A stretch of DNA of 64,000 nucleotides from a virus: IMG/VR virus record IMGVR_UViG_3300013314_000001, positions 1 through 64,000 of that record; one strand, written 5' to 3'. Position 1 is the first letter of the stretch, and every line of letters begins with the position of its first letter. The position numbers and the translations under genes were made by a program. Below are positions 26,391 through 35,244 of the stretch, piece by piece. Under the pieces are notes generated by a model, which was not told where the DNA came from, searched no databases, and saw only the letters and a program-made list of their open reading frames with translations.

Positions 26391-26996
26391 TTAAACAAGT
26401 GCAGGTTTCAAACCTAGTAACTCTATGCGATTAGCTACTACAAAAAGCTTTTGCTTTTGTTGATAGTCCTGTTCCCACTGACTGATGGATAGCCTACCGT
26501 CAACCCCTAAGAACTGACCTTTAACACCCCAATCCTGAAGGACTTCAGCCTGTCTATCCCAACAATCAACCTTGAAGAAGTAGGGTTCATTCTCCCTACG
26601 GTTGAGAGCTAAACTGGTAGTAGAAACCCTTTGACCCCCCTGCAAGAACTTGTGGTCTGGTTCAATTGTCTGACGACCGACAAGGGAAATCATATTGATT
26701 TGTTCCCCCATATAGCCTAAGATTAAATGATTGACCTCAAGCCATACTACTTTACCAATCCATAACTTACCTATTGTTAGGATGAGTTCACCTTGCTGAA
26801 GTGCTAGTAGGTTTCTAGCATTGTTTTTGTAGGCGTGAAGGTAAATGATTTGCTCACCTACTTGACCACGCCTACCGTCAAGGATAAGGCAACACTCAGC
26901 AATAACTAAGTCTGACTCGTCAACGTAAGCAGCACTGATGAACGCTAGAGAGAGGATGCAGATATTCATAGAGATTAGAATTAACATCACCCTCAT
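26391..26996 (-). CDS. ssb: single-stranded DNA-binding protein with two OB-fold-like halves
   Basis: The C-terminal half MISLVGRQTIEPDHKFLQGGQRVSTTSLALNRRENEPYFFKVDCWDRQAEVLQDWGVKGQFLGVDGRLSISQWE fits the bacterial SSB pattern. The N-terminal half repeats a similar pattern. Start is uncertain (26996 or ATG 26969). Confidence 0.65.
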   Translation of the reverse strand: MRVMLILISMNICILSLAFISAAYVDESDLVIAECCLILDGRRGQVGEQIIYLHAYKNNARNLLALQQGELILTIGKLWIGKVVWLEVNHLILGYMGEQINMISLVGRQTIEPDHKFLQGGQRVSTTSLALNRRENEPYFFKVDCWDRQAEVLQDWGVKGQFLGVDGRLSISQWEQDYQQKQKLFVVANRIELLGLKPALV

Positions 26997-26997
26997 T

Positions 26998-27008
26998 AGG
27001 CGTTAGCC
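26998..27008 (-). promoter_or_regulatory. motif B copy 10
   Basis: Perfect 11-mer. Its internal TAA is the stop of the ArdC-like gene, and the motif ends in TAATG overlapping the SSB ORF start. Confidence 0.85.
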
Positions 27009-27911
27009 CTCAGTCTCCTCGTACTCTTCTTTAATCCCCGCATTCTCAAGCAGGTAGCGACACGCCTTTTGAGCGAGAGACGCTGCTTTCATAAACGCTT
27101 TGTTATCATCTTTAAGAACTGATATCCAGTTATTCAGATAGTTAGCATGGTTCTGCAACTCGTAGTCCATGCCCAAAGCATTGGTCACAAACACCGAACC
27201 CAACTCAGCAACCAACTCCTCAAACGCATACTTGGGAGTTCCAAACCTGCCATGTTCCCGTGCTAACCGTTTCTCATGCCCAGTCCAGTGAACGTGTTCA
27301 TGTGCCAGGGTTGAGTAATACTCGTTAGCACTGGTGAAGTTTTCAAACTCTGGCATAAGAATAGTATCCTCACTTGGGATATAACAAGGTTGGTCGCCCA
27401 TGTGCTTGAGTTGCGATCGCTGGGCTTTGATAAACTCCTCAATGGTAATGATGCGCTTATCTGGGTTCATACCCTGAGCAACTTTCTTTTTAGCAAGCCA
27501 GTCAGCGATCGTAATCTTTCCGTTGGAATCATCAAACTGGTGGATGCTGAAAAGGTTGTACCACTTGGCAGTACGGTAAAACTCCTTCTCGCCAGTATCC
27601 TTGTTTTCCTTGCAGCCGGTGCCACCCCAATATAACCAAACACTCTTAGAGCCTCGTGTCACTTGCCAACCAACCTCACTAGCTTGTTTAAATGTGAGAA
27701 AGTAAGGATGCTCCCAATCATTAATCAACATCTCAATGGAACAAAGCAATGGGTTAACGCCCCGGTAGACATGACCAGTAATCGCATTCTGACAAGGGTT
27801 GCCATGCCATGACTTAACCCAAGGTTTCTTTCCTTGCTCCATTAAAGTTATCAACTTGGTAGTGAGTAGTTCATACTTGTCAATAGCTGGGTGTTTAACT
27901 TTAGTAGCCAT
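27003..27911 (-). CDS. ArdC-like protein (N-terminal ssDNA-binding domain plus zincin HExxH domain)
   Basis: ITGHVYRGVNPLLC...YFLTFKQASEVGWQVTRGSKS matches the ArdC/DUF1738 N-domain. LAHEHVHWTGH...YAFEELVAELGSVF matches the metalloprotease domain. Confidence 0.8.
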   Translation of the reverse strand: MATKVKHPAIDKYELLTTKLITLMEQGKKPWVKSWHGNPCQNAITGHVYRGVNPLLCSIEMLINDWEHPYFLTFKQASEVGWQVTRGSKSVWLYWGGTGCKENKDTGEKEFYRTAKWYNLFSIHQFDDSNGKITIADWLAKKKVAQGMNPDKRIITIEEFIKAQRSQLKHMGDQPCYIPSEDTILMPEFENFTSANEYYSTLAHEHVHWTGHEKRLAREHGRFGTPKYAFEELVAELGSVFVTNALGMDYELQNHANYLNNWISVLKDDNKAFMKAASLAQKACRYLLENAGIKEEYEETEG

Positions 27912-27941
27912 GAGAGTTAGTCCGAAAACTTCATAGCTACT

Positions 27942-27952
27942 AGGCGTTAGCC
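27942..27952 (-). promoter_or_regulatory. motif B copy 11
   Basis: Perfect 11-mer. Its internal TAA is the stop of ORF 27947..28366, 31 nt upstream of ATG 27911. Confidence 0.85.
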
Positions 27953-28366
27953 TACTTCATAAAAAGTACATTTCTCAGCTATCAAATCTAAATCATGCTC
28001 AGTTGTTATCTCCTCATAATTTAATTCAACAGAAGGATGATTGCAATAAAATAATAGTTGTGGTTCTGCTTCTGGATTTTGTGGAACATCCCATGAATGC
28101 TCATGATATTTACACTCTAAACAAGTTAATGTAACATCTGTTGATTTCATGAATCGATTGGCTGCTTCTTTGTAAATATATCCAGCAGTAACATCTAACC
28201 ACCTACCAGTATAACCACCGTAAAATTGTACGCTTGTTTTGCAAAGCTTAGATTCTAAATCAAAATCTCCTTGTTCATCAAAAATGTTGCACTCTTTAAC
28301 TGCTTGACATAATTCTTCATCACCCCAAGTTTTAAGTAAATCTGCTAAATCATCAATAATAGTCAT
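27947..28366 (-). CDS. hypothetical protein
   Basis: 139-aa ORF. Confidence 0.5.
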   Translation of the reverse strand: MTIIDDLADLLKTWGDEELCQAVKECNIFDEQGDFDLESKLCKTSVQFYGGYTGRWLDVTAGYIYKEAANRFMKSTDVTLTCLECKYHEHSWDVPQNPEAEPQLLFYCNHPSVELNYEEITTEHDLDLIAEKCTFYEVG

Positions 28367-28755
28367 CCCATTAACCTCAGTTGTCTACAATAAATTTGAT
28401 GCCCATTCTCTTTAGTCATTGACGCATAAACTAAAGCAAAAGAAATGTTAACTTCCTTCCACCATTTTGCTAATGGATGCCCTTGTTCATCCATTAACCC
28501 AGCGTACTTGTCAAGATAATCAGCAGCAGTCAGAAAGTGAGTAAAGCAATCAAATGCAAGGTCATGCAATCGCTCTCTCACGTTACGTTTAACTGATGCC
28601 CTAGACCCATTCCAGTAAATAGAATGCCAAGTTTTAGTATAGTTATCGGCGCACTCAATAGCTATAGTCAAATGTTCCTTGGCAGATATTAAATATTGAT
28701 GGGTGCTAGGTATTTGATTTTCAGCAGAAGCCAAGCAAGCCCAGGTGCTAATCAC
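28363..28755 (-). CDS. hypothetical protein
   Basis: 130-aa ORF with a 4-nt overlap with the downstream gene. Confidence 0.5.
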   Translation of the reverse strand: MISTWACLASAENQIPSTHQYLISAKEHLTIAIECADNYTKTWHSIYWNGSRASVKRNVRERLHDLAFDCFTHFLTAADYLDKYAGLMDEQGHPLAKWWKEVNISFALVYASMTKENGHQIYCRQLRLMG

Positions 28756-28785
28756 TATTTAAGTAATACGTCTATCACTCAAATT

Positions 28786-28796
28786 AAGCGTTAGCT
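28786..28796 (-). promoter_or_regulatory. motif B, degenerate copy
   Basis: AAGCGTTAGCT (9 of 11), immediately after the stop of ORF 28797..29441. Confidence 0.5.
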
Positions 28797-29441
28797 TTAT
28801 GCAATTTCATAAGAAGCACAAAGTCCAGGATTAAAAAGCTGTCCGTCAAGACATAGTTTTTTACCAGATGCAACATCTAAATAATCTATTAATTCTTGAG
28901 TGCGCCTTGGGTGACGAAACCAGCCCGTACCATCAACTGACTCAGCACCCGAATTATGGCAAACCCAAAGCCAGCGCAAAGTATTGATTCTTGCTATGTG
29001 AACACGAGGAAAACCAGCACAAAAATATTTAATATTGCTACGCTTCCAATCAGTAGAACCTCCAACAAAAACTACATCAGCCTTATCAGGAACATCATTC
29101 AAGGTATGACCATTTTGAACGGCAAAAGCACAAGTAAAGCCAAACTCATACTTGATTATTGGATACCATTCTTTCCATAATTTAGAAGTAGTTGCAGCAT
29201 CTCCGACAGCATCAGGGACAACAACCCAACGAGGCTGATATCCTAAGGATTTAATTTTTGTTAACAAAGTAATAAAAGGATTTTGCTGAAACTCTAGCCC
29301 TTTACGCCACAAAGCGTAAACCCCATTATCAGCAGCGAAATCACAGTGAGCATTCCACCAACCACCAGGGCTAATAAGCATGGCTAAATTGCTATAGCCA
29401 AGTTTAATAACCATACTGTTATTCCCAGGCATGACTATCAT
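28797..29441 (-). CDS. hypothetical protein, possibly DpdA/TGT-like DNA-guanine transglycosylase
   Basis: 214 aa. FAADNGVYALW, VVVPDAVGD, VVFVGGSTDWK and AESVDGTGWFR recall, from memory, conserved blocks of phage DpdA-type transglycosylases. This is unverified. Confidence 0.3.
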   Translation of the reverse strand: MIVMPGNNSMVIKLGYSNLAMLISPGGWWNAHCDFAADNGVYALWRKGLEFQQNPFITLLTKIKSLGYQPRWVVVPDAVGDAATTSKLWKEWYPIIKYEFGFTCAFAVQNGHTLNDVPDKADVVFVGGSTDWKRSNIKYFCAGFPRVHIARINTLRWLWVCHNSGAESVDGTGWFRHPRRTQELIDYLDVASGKKLCLDGQLFNPGLCASYEIA

Positions 29442-30287
29442 CTAAAACTTAACCTCCACTTTTCCATTAACAACTTCCAACCCCCGACGCTTGGCAAACT
29501 CTACCATCGCATTCTCAGCTTTACCCCCTCTGTTGCAGTCGTACATTTTCTGACAAATCTTAAGCCACTGTTCAATAGTCACCTCATCTTCTGCTACAAG
29601 TTGCTCTTTCTTGAAAGTTGCTTTGCCTGGAGAACCATCTATTTCAGCAAAGACGTAACTACCCTTATCCGTAGTAACCTTCCCACTACTACCAACCCAC
29701 CCGTCTGGGTTATCTACTACAACAAACCTATCTCCAACTGCTACGTTGGATACTGCAATAGGCTTTGTTGTCTGGTCTTTAGTGAGTAACTTCATCAGCG
29801 TATCTTTATCAATTTCCCATACCTTTACTTCATACTCAAACCCATAAGGCTTAAGTCTATCAGCTTTACGAATAGAGCTTAAAGTACAAACACCTTTAAC
29901 ACCTAAGTACTTCTGGAACCGATTAGCATTCTGCAACGCTGTACCATCGACACTCTTATTCATCCCAAAATAGTAAACGTGCGCTTCACCATCACAAAGC
30001 ATAGCAAAAATACGTTGTGTTAACTGGCGCAAATCAAACTTACCTTTGGGCGCTGCAAGTTGTAGTGAACGTACCCACCAGATAGCATCTGTTAACTCTT
30101 TCTTTTTCATGTTGGACATACACTTGCCGAATGTTGCCTTACAAATAATCTGCCCCAGTTCATGATTCATCTTAGAAGCGATCGCTTTCAATTGGCGAAT
30201 GGTAAAACTTTGAATATTCTCAATGAATCGAATGGAACTTAGATTAAAACTCTTGACCCAGTTGTAAGCTTCTTTAATGTATGACAT
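29442..30287 (-). CDS. hypothetical protein (HeH/SAP-like N-terminal motif)
   Basis: 281 aa. FTIRQLKAIASKM...KKKELTDAIW resembles the helix-extension-helix motif also seen in ORFs 54397 and 54866. Confidence 0.45.
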   Translation of the reverse strand: MSYIKEAYNWVKSFNLSSIRFIENIQSFTIRQLKAIASKMNHELGQIICKATFGKCMSNMKKKELTDAIWWVRSLQLAAPKGKFDLRQLTQRIFAMLCDGEAHVYYFGMNKSVDGTALQNANRFQKYLGVKGVCTLSSIRKADRLKPYGFEYEVKVWEIDKDTLMKLLTKDQTTKPIAVSNVAVGDRFVVVDNPDGWVGSSGKVTTDKGSYVFAEIDGSPGKATFKKEQLVAEDEVTIEQWLKICQKMYDCNRGGKAENAMVEFAKRRGLEVVNGKVEVKF

Positions 30288-30359
30288 AATAAACCTTATA
30301 CTTTTTGATGAACATTGATTATTTAGCTTCAGCCCCCTGAAGCTATTACCTTATCCTTA

Positions 30360-30379
30360 GTATCAGCATATAACGATAC
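30360..30379. promoter_or_regulatory. operator-like site O3 (GTATCAGCATATAACGATAC)
   Basis: Third copy of the O1 core, in the 145-nt intergenic region upstream of ORF 29442..30287. Flanked by the hairpins GAGGAAATTAATATTTCCTC and AGCTTCAGGGGGCTGAAGCT. Confidence 0.6.
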
Positions 30380-30422
30380 CTTGGAAAAAGCAAGAGGAAA
30401 TATTAATTTCCTCAAAGTTATT

Positions 30423-30433
30423 AGGCGTTAGCC
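30423..30433 (-). promoter_or_regulatory. motif B copy 13
   Basis: Perfect 11-mer abutting the TAG stop of ORF 30433..30825. Confidence 0.85.
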
Positions 30434-30825
30434 TACTTCTTATTCATTTCTAGTTTTGTTTTAAGCTCTTGAATTGAGTATCCTTGAAGCCAAAAAGATT
30501 CTGTGCTAATGCCTTCTAACAGTTCTGAGCTTACTAATTGATTTAAACTAGAAAGCCAATCACGATAAATGATTGAATTTTTAGTTTCTGGATGTCTAGG
30601 GCTAGACCCTCCTTTCATGCCATAAATGTTTAAACCCTGATTAGTCCAGGACTCTAATATTTTTTCCATCTCAGCAACTACCATTTCTGGGGTTTTGCCT
30701 TGGTCGTAAGCAGTACTAGCATCATATTGTATTTCTATAGTACTTAGCTTGTCTCCATGTTTTAGCTCACAAATCTCAGAAATTTTATCACTCCAATCTC
30801 GCCAACTCATTTGATAGTTATTCAT
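30433..30825 (-). CDS. hypothetical protein
   Basis: 130-aa ORF. Confidence 0.5.
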   Translation of the reverse strand: MNNYQMSWRDWSDKISEICELKHGDKLSTIEIQYDASTAYDQGKTPEMVVAEMEKILESWTNQGLNIYGMKGGSSPRHPETKNSIIYRDWLSSLNQLVSSELLEGISTESFWLQGYSIQELKTKLEMNKK

Positions 30826-30854
30826 CTTTTAACACAATAGCATTCTCTTATTTT

Positions 30855-30865
30855 AGGCGTTAGCC
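30855..30865 (-). promoter_or_regulatory. motif B copy 14
   Basis: Perfect 11-mer. Its internal TAA is the stop of the 1429-aa ORF. Confidence 0.85.
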
Positions 30866-33800
30866 TCCATAAAGTTTTTTTAGTCCTGCTTCGTCTTGTT
30901 GACGCTTCTGTTCTTGTTGACGTTGATATTCATTTATTCCCGCAGCTGCTAGGTAAACACCTCCTGCTGTGGGTAGCGCCCAATTAGGTATCTGGTATTG
31001 GGCGTTGGGTGTTGGAGATTGGGCATTAAAATTATCAGCAGTTACGTACTGGGGTTCTGGTAAGCCTGTAGGTGTTGGTGCTAATTGAGAGGGTATGTAC
31101 TGCTCTTTCTGTGGACTAGCATACTGAATACTACGTTGTGATGGTTGTACTGTGTAACTTTGATCGTAGTCTTGCTGGGTGGGTGGGCGTTGTGCTGGTT
31201 GAGAACTTAATAAACTGTTAACGTTAAAACTTCTACGGGCTGCGGTATCTGCTGGGGGAGTTTCTAGCAATTGGCTTAATGCCGCTTCACTGCTAGCTGG
31301 AATTAATAAAGGTTTGTCACGGTAAAAAGTAGGGTCAAATTTGTTGGAACTTTTAACTTCATAACCTGCATTATTAATTGCTGGGTCAGGACGAGTATCA
31401 ACAATTTTAATAGTGCCATCAGGTTGAACTACTTGTTTAAAATTGCTTAATAATTGGGCATTAGACTGTGGTTGAAGTAATCCAAGTGAGCCTCTGTAAG
31501 TATTCCCCATGTCAACAATTTGTTGAGTAGCCCTGCCTGTATCAACCATTGTTTGCACTTCAGGGTCAATCACTTCTTGAGAGTTATACTTTACAGGCAA
31601 GCTGACAGAGCGCTCTGAAGGTAAACCAATTGGTAATGAACCCGTGCCAACAGTAATACCTGGTTCAGACTCCTGTAAGTTTAACCCCGCTTGCTGCATC
31701 TGCTCTGCTAGATTAGCGGCGCGGCGCTTACCAGTGGTAGTAGTAATCTGAATCTCTGGCGCAGGTTCTATGCCCATCAGTTGAGAGTAAGCATTGGTTG
31801 CATTACCTATTTCACTTTGCAGGTGTTCCGCCCTCGCTTGAAGTTCGGCGGGGTTCATTCTTCTGGTGCTATCAAAAATATCTAATAAATCTTTTTGATT
31901 GACATAATCTACATCTTCCTCATGAGTTGTTCCATCAGCAGCCGTTATAGTTTTTCGCTTGTTAAAATAGTTTGCAGGAACTACTTGCTCAAGCCCAGCT
32001 TGGTTAGTATACTTTATAGTGCTACCAGTAAAGTTATTATCTTGGTAAACCGGACTATTAGCTGTAGGTGAAGTTTGGTAATTTGTCAACAGTGCATTAG
32101 TTCTGTTTAACTCTTGTTTTTTAGCTTCTATTGCAGAGACAATATCAGTAGGAGCAATGCTAGGGTCAGCATAGGCAGAAGCTAATCCTTTACCCGATTT
32201 CCTAATGTTGGTAATGTCATCCGCAGGGTTAAAGTTTAATTCTCCATCACGAGCGATCGCACCAAGTTCAGCGTCACTCGGTCCGTCTTGATTCCACCAC
32301 TGAACTTTGTCATCAAGTCCTACACGGGTTCTGCTATGCAGTTGAGTTTTTTCTGCTGAAAGTTGGTTAGTGCTTGGTAAATATTCGGTAGCAGTAGCTT
32401 CAGGGGTTAATGGATACTTTGCCCCATCTATGCCAACTCTAACATCAGCTAAATGTTGGTCAAGTAGAGTTTGCTTACTGTTGTCAACCGCAGGTGTAAG
32501 ATTTGTTGGTATACCTTTCTTTTGTAGTGACCTGCCTATCTCTCTTGCATAAGATAAGTCATCAGCATCTTTTGACTTAATCAAACTTTGATATTGTTGC
32601 AGTTCAGCAATTGTTTCTGGGTCTAAATATTTTGATGAATCCCCAGTAACAGTATCAAGTGGTGCTACAGATGGAGTGTATGGCATAAACTCTGGTTCAC
32701 TCATAACTCCCCCTGGTATTCTCTCTTCATGCATTACAGGGAGAGTCACACCCTGAATCTGACCACTGGGTATAACTGGCGCAATCTCATTACCAGTTTG
32801 AGTGATAGAATACTGCCGAGTGAACGGGTTTACTTGTGGCGGTTCTTGGTACTGCGCTGCTGCATCTCGCGCTACTTTATCAACTGCTTGCGATTCCAAA
32901 GTTAACGTGTCAGTGTCAGAACGCAGTCGTAAATAACTACCACCTTTGGGAGTTTCAATTTTAAGATAGCTAGGTTCTAGTGGATCGTAAAGCGTCTGGT
33001 CACGACTCTTGTATCTTGGACTTGGTTGTATCCCTCCACCCATCCATCGCCCACGGCTGCTAAGTTGTGTAGGGTCTAGTGTACCATTATTGCGCTGCAC
33101 TGAAAGAGATGCTATGCGCCTACCTTGATAATTGTCTGGATAGTGATAAGCATTGTCAGGATTGCCAGGATACTCAGCAACACCGTAGTCATTAACTGCG
33201 GCGAGGGTTAGGGGAGTTTCAGGAGTTGTTGGGAATCTTATAACGTCAGGACTATTAATTATGTTTTCCCTAACCTGATCGTAAGGAGCTATACTGTTTA
33301 ATGCTTGCTTTTGACTATGGTTATAATAATCTCCAAGGTTTGCTCTACGTGGTAAATTTAAAGCATTAACTCTGTCATTAAACAATTGTTCTTTAGCTTG
33401 TAAAAAACTTGCGTCAACTGAATCTAAATTAGAGATGATTTCATTACGTGCTTTGTTCTTAGTATAATATCTATCCTCATCATATTGACGCTTTAGTTTA
33501 TCAAAATTGTCTGCTTCTATATATGCACTTTGTTGTTGAATCTCTGCATCATTTGACCTGTCAATATTGCTGATAGTTCTTTGTGGTGTTGGTTCTAAAA
33601 ATTCAGATGCAGGTGTAAGGGCTGTTACTCCCTTGGGAACATAGTGGGTATTATCATTTAAACCATAATTAAACCCTGGATCTAAAACTATTCTATTTTG
33701 CCCTTTTTGAGTCAGTGTATTATTAACTGTTTCACTCAAAGCAAACAGAGGGTTAGCTGCTAGTAAATTTAGATTAATTTTGTTTCCATCTAAAAAGTTA

Positions 33801-35149
33801 CCGCGAAGTAAATTAACTTCGTCACTATCCATCCTTTCTAAATGCTGTCTTTTAACAACATTTCTTGGAACATCTACAGGATATCCCCCTTGAGAATAAG
33901 CCATGCGATCGCTGATAAAATCTTCTTGAGTTAAATCTGGTAGTGCTGCACTAGGTTGGTTTCTTCCCGATTGCCAAGTACCCCCTCGCGCTAAATCAGC
34001 AGCCGTCATACTAGCCCCTTGGCTTTGCTTGTTAGCACTAAAATAATTTAGGTATGGTTGCTGTCTATCCTCTACCCAAGTACCACTACCCCCAGCCCGT
34101 GCTACTGCGTCAATGGCATCTTTCCCTGGTTCATCAGGTGAACCCCAGTAAACAGGAATTGAATCGCTAGAACGATTTCTTAATGCTTCTTTCTGCAAGT
34201 CATCAATACTTTTTAGCTCCAGTCCTAATCCTTGTAATTCACCTCTATTAGGTAGAATAAATTCACCATCAGCTATAGTGTTACGTTTAACTAATTGATA
34301 TTTTCCTGTAGCATCTGTAGGTCTAATCTCATCATAGTTATTTAAGTTAGGGCTAGTTTTTAGAAACCTTTTATAAGTTCCCTCATTCATATACTGAGGA
34401 ACATTAACACCAGCCATTACATCTTGATACTGTTGCGGTGAAACAACTTCGCTTAAATGAACTTTAGCTGTGCTATTCTTATCAAAAATATAAGGTTGTA
34501 CTCCTTGATTATTTCTGCCTGCATTAACCCAGCGAATATCTCTATACTCACCATTAACTAAAACCTTATCAATCCCTGCCATTGTAGTATCTGAATACTG
34601 GGGATTCTTTAGGTTAGATTTAACAAAAGGTAAACTACCCCGTTGGTTGGGTACTGGTGAATCACCATAGCCAATAGCATTAGGGTTAAAAAATTGATTC
34701 TGTGCATCAGTCTTTTCATAACTATTATTTTTAGGATTAGTTTTACTTAATATAAAGGCTTGTTCTTGAGGCGTAAAAGAACTAAAGGGAATCGCTTCAG
34801 TTTCTAATGAACTAACCGGCAACCCATTTGTTGCAGTATCTCTGCCATATCCTTGTACCTTTGCATAGCGAACACCTGTTGGTTGCTTATCACCTGGATT
34901 AGTATAAACAACTCCTACCTTATCTTCAGGTTGTAAACGTCCTACCTGCGCTTTTGCAGAGTAGCTTTGAGTATCTACGCTCCCATCAAGCCCTGCTTTA
35001 AAAAAAGCTTTTGGTTGAGCCTGTGTATATTTTAATTCTGGATTAGCAGCAATATTAGCAGTCCGTGTCTGATTGTTTCTATTTACCATGTAAGCATCAA
35101 ACGCTTCTTTGGTTGCTAGTGATGCTTGTGAAAATGGATTAATAGCCAT
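30860..35149 (-). CDS. giant orphan protein (1429 aa, N/Q/P-rich, C-terminal hydrophobic segment)
   Basis: Longest ORF in the window, uninterrupted and immediately downstream of the polymerase-like gene. No catalytic motif recognised. The C-terminus WALPTAGGVYLAAAGI is followed by a Q/E/K-rich tail. Confidence 0.7.
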   Translation of the reverse strand: MAINPFSQASLATKEAFDAYMVNRNNQTRTANIAANPELKYTQAQPKAFFKAGLDGSVDTQSYSAKAQVGRLQPEDKVGVVYTNPGDKQPTGVRYAKVQGYGRDTATNGLPVSSLETEAIPFSSFTPQEQAFILSKTNPKNNSYEKTDAQNQFFNPNAIGYGDSPVPNQRGSLPFVKSNLKNPQYSDTTMAGIDKVLVNGEYRDIRWVNAGRNNQGVQPYIFDKNSTAKVHLSEVVSPQQYQDVMAGVNVPQYMNEGTYKRFLKTSPNLNNYDEIRPTDATGKYQLVKRNTIADGEFILPNRGELQGLGLELKSIDDLQKEALRNRSSDSIPVYWGSPDEPGKDAIDAVARAGGSGTWVEDRQQPYLNYFSANKQSQGASMTAADLARGGTWQSGRNQPSAALPDLTQEDFISDRMAYSQGGYPVDVPRNVVKRQHLERMDSDEVNLLRGNFLDGNKINLNLLAANPLFALSETVNNTLTQKGQNRIVLDPGFNYGLNDNTHYVPKGVTALTPASEFLEPTPQRTISNIDRSNDAEIQQQSAYIEADNFDKLKRQYDEDRYYTKNKARNEIISNLDSVDASFLQAKEQLFNDRVNALNLPRRANLGDYYNHSQKQALNSIAPYDQVRENIINSPDVIRFPTTPETPLTLAAVNDYGVAEYPGNPDNAYHYPDNYQGRRIASLSVQRNNGTLDPTQLSSRGRWMGGGIQPSPRYKSRDQTLYDPLEPSYLKIETPKGGSYLRLRSDTDTLTLESQAVDKVARDAAAQYQEPPQVNPFTRQYSITQTGNEIAPVIPSGQIQGVTLPVMHEERIPGGVMSEPEFMPYTPSVAPLDTVTGDSSKYLDPETIAELQQYQSLIKSKDADDLSYAREIGRSLQKKGIPTNLTPAVDNSKQTLLDQHLADVRVGIDGAKYPLTPEATATEYLPSTNQLSAEKTQLHSRTRVGLDDKVQWWNQDGPSDAELGAIARDGELNFNPADDITNIRKSGKGLASAYADPSIAPTDIVSAIEAKKQELNRTNALLTNYQTSPTANSPVYQDNNFTGSTIKYTNQAGLEQVVPANYFNKRKTITAADGTTHEEDVDYVNQKDLLDIFDSTRRMNPAELQARAEHLQSEIGNATNAYSQLMGIEPAPEIQITTTTGKRRAANLAEQMQQAGLNLQESEPGITVGTGSLPIGLPSERSVSLPVKYNSQEVIDPEVQTMVDTGRATQQIVDMGNTYRGSLGLLQPQSNAQLLSNFKQVVQPDGTIKIVDTRPDPAINNAGYEVKSSNKFDPTFYRDKPLLIPASSEAALSQLLETPPADTAARRSFNVNSLLSSQPAQRPPTQQDYDQSYTVQPSQRSIQYASPQKEQYIPSQLAPTPTGLPEPQYVTADNFNAQSPTPNAQYQIPNWALPTAGGVYLAAAGINEYQRQQEQKRQQDEAGLKKLYGG

Positions 35150-35244
35150 AGGATTTTTACTAATAATTTTTATTAGTTTTCCTTGGCTTGCCCTAAATAA
35201 AAAAATCTCCCACCCGAAAGTAGGAGAGTATATGCATCTCGGCT

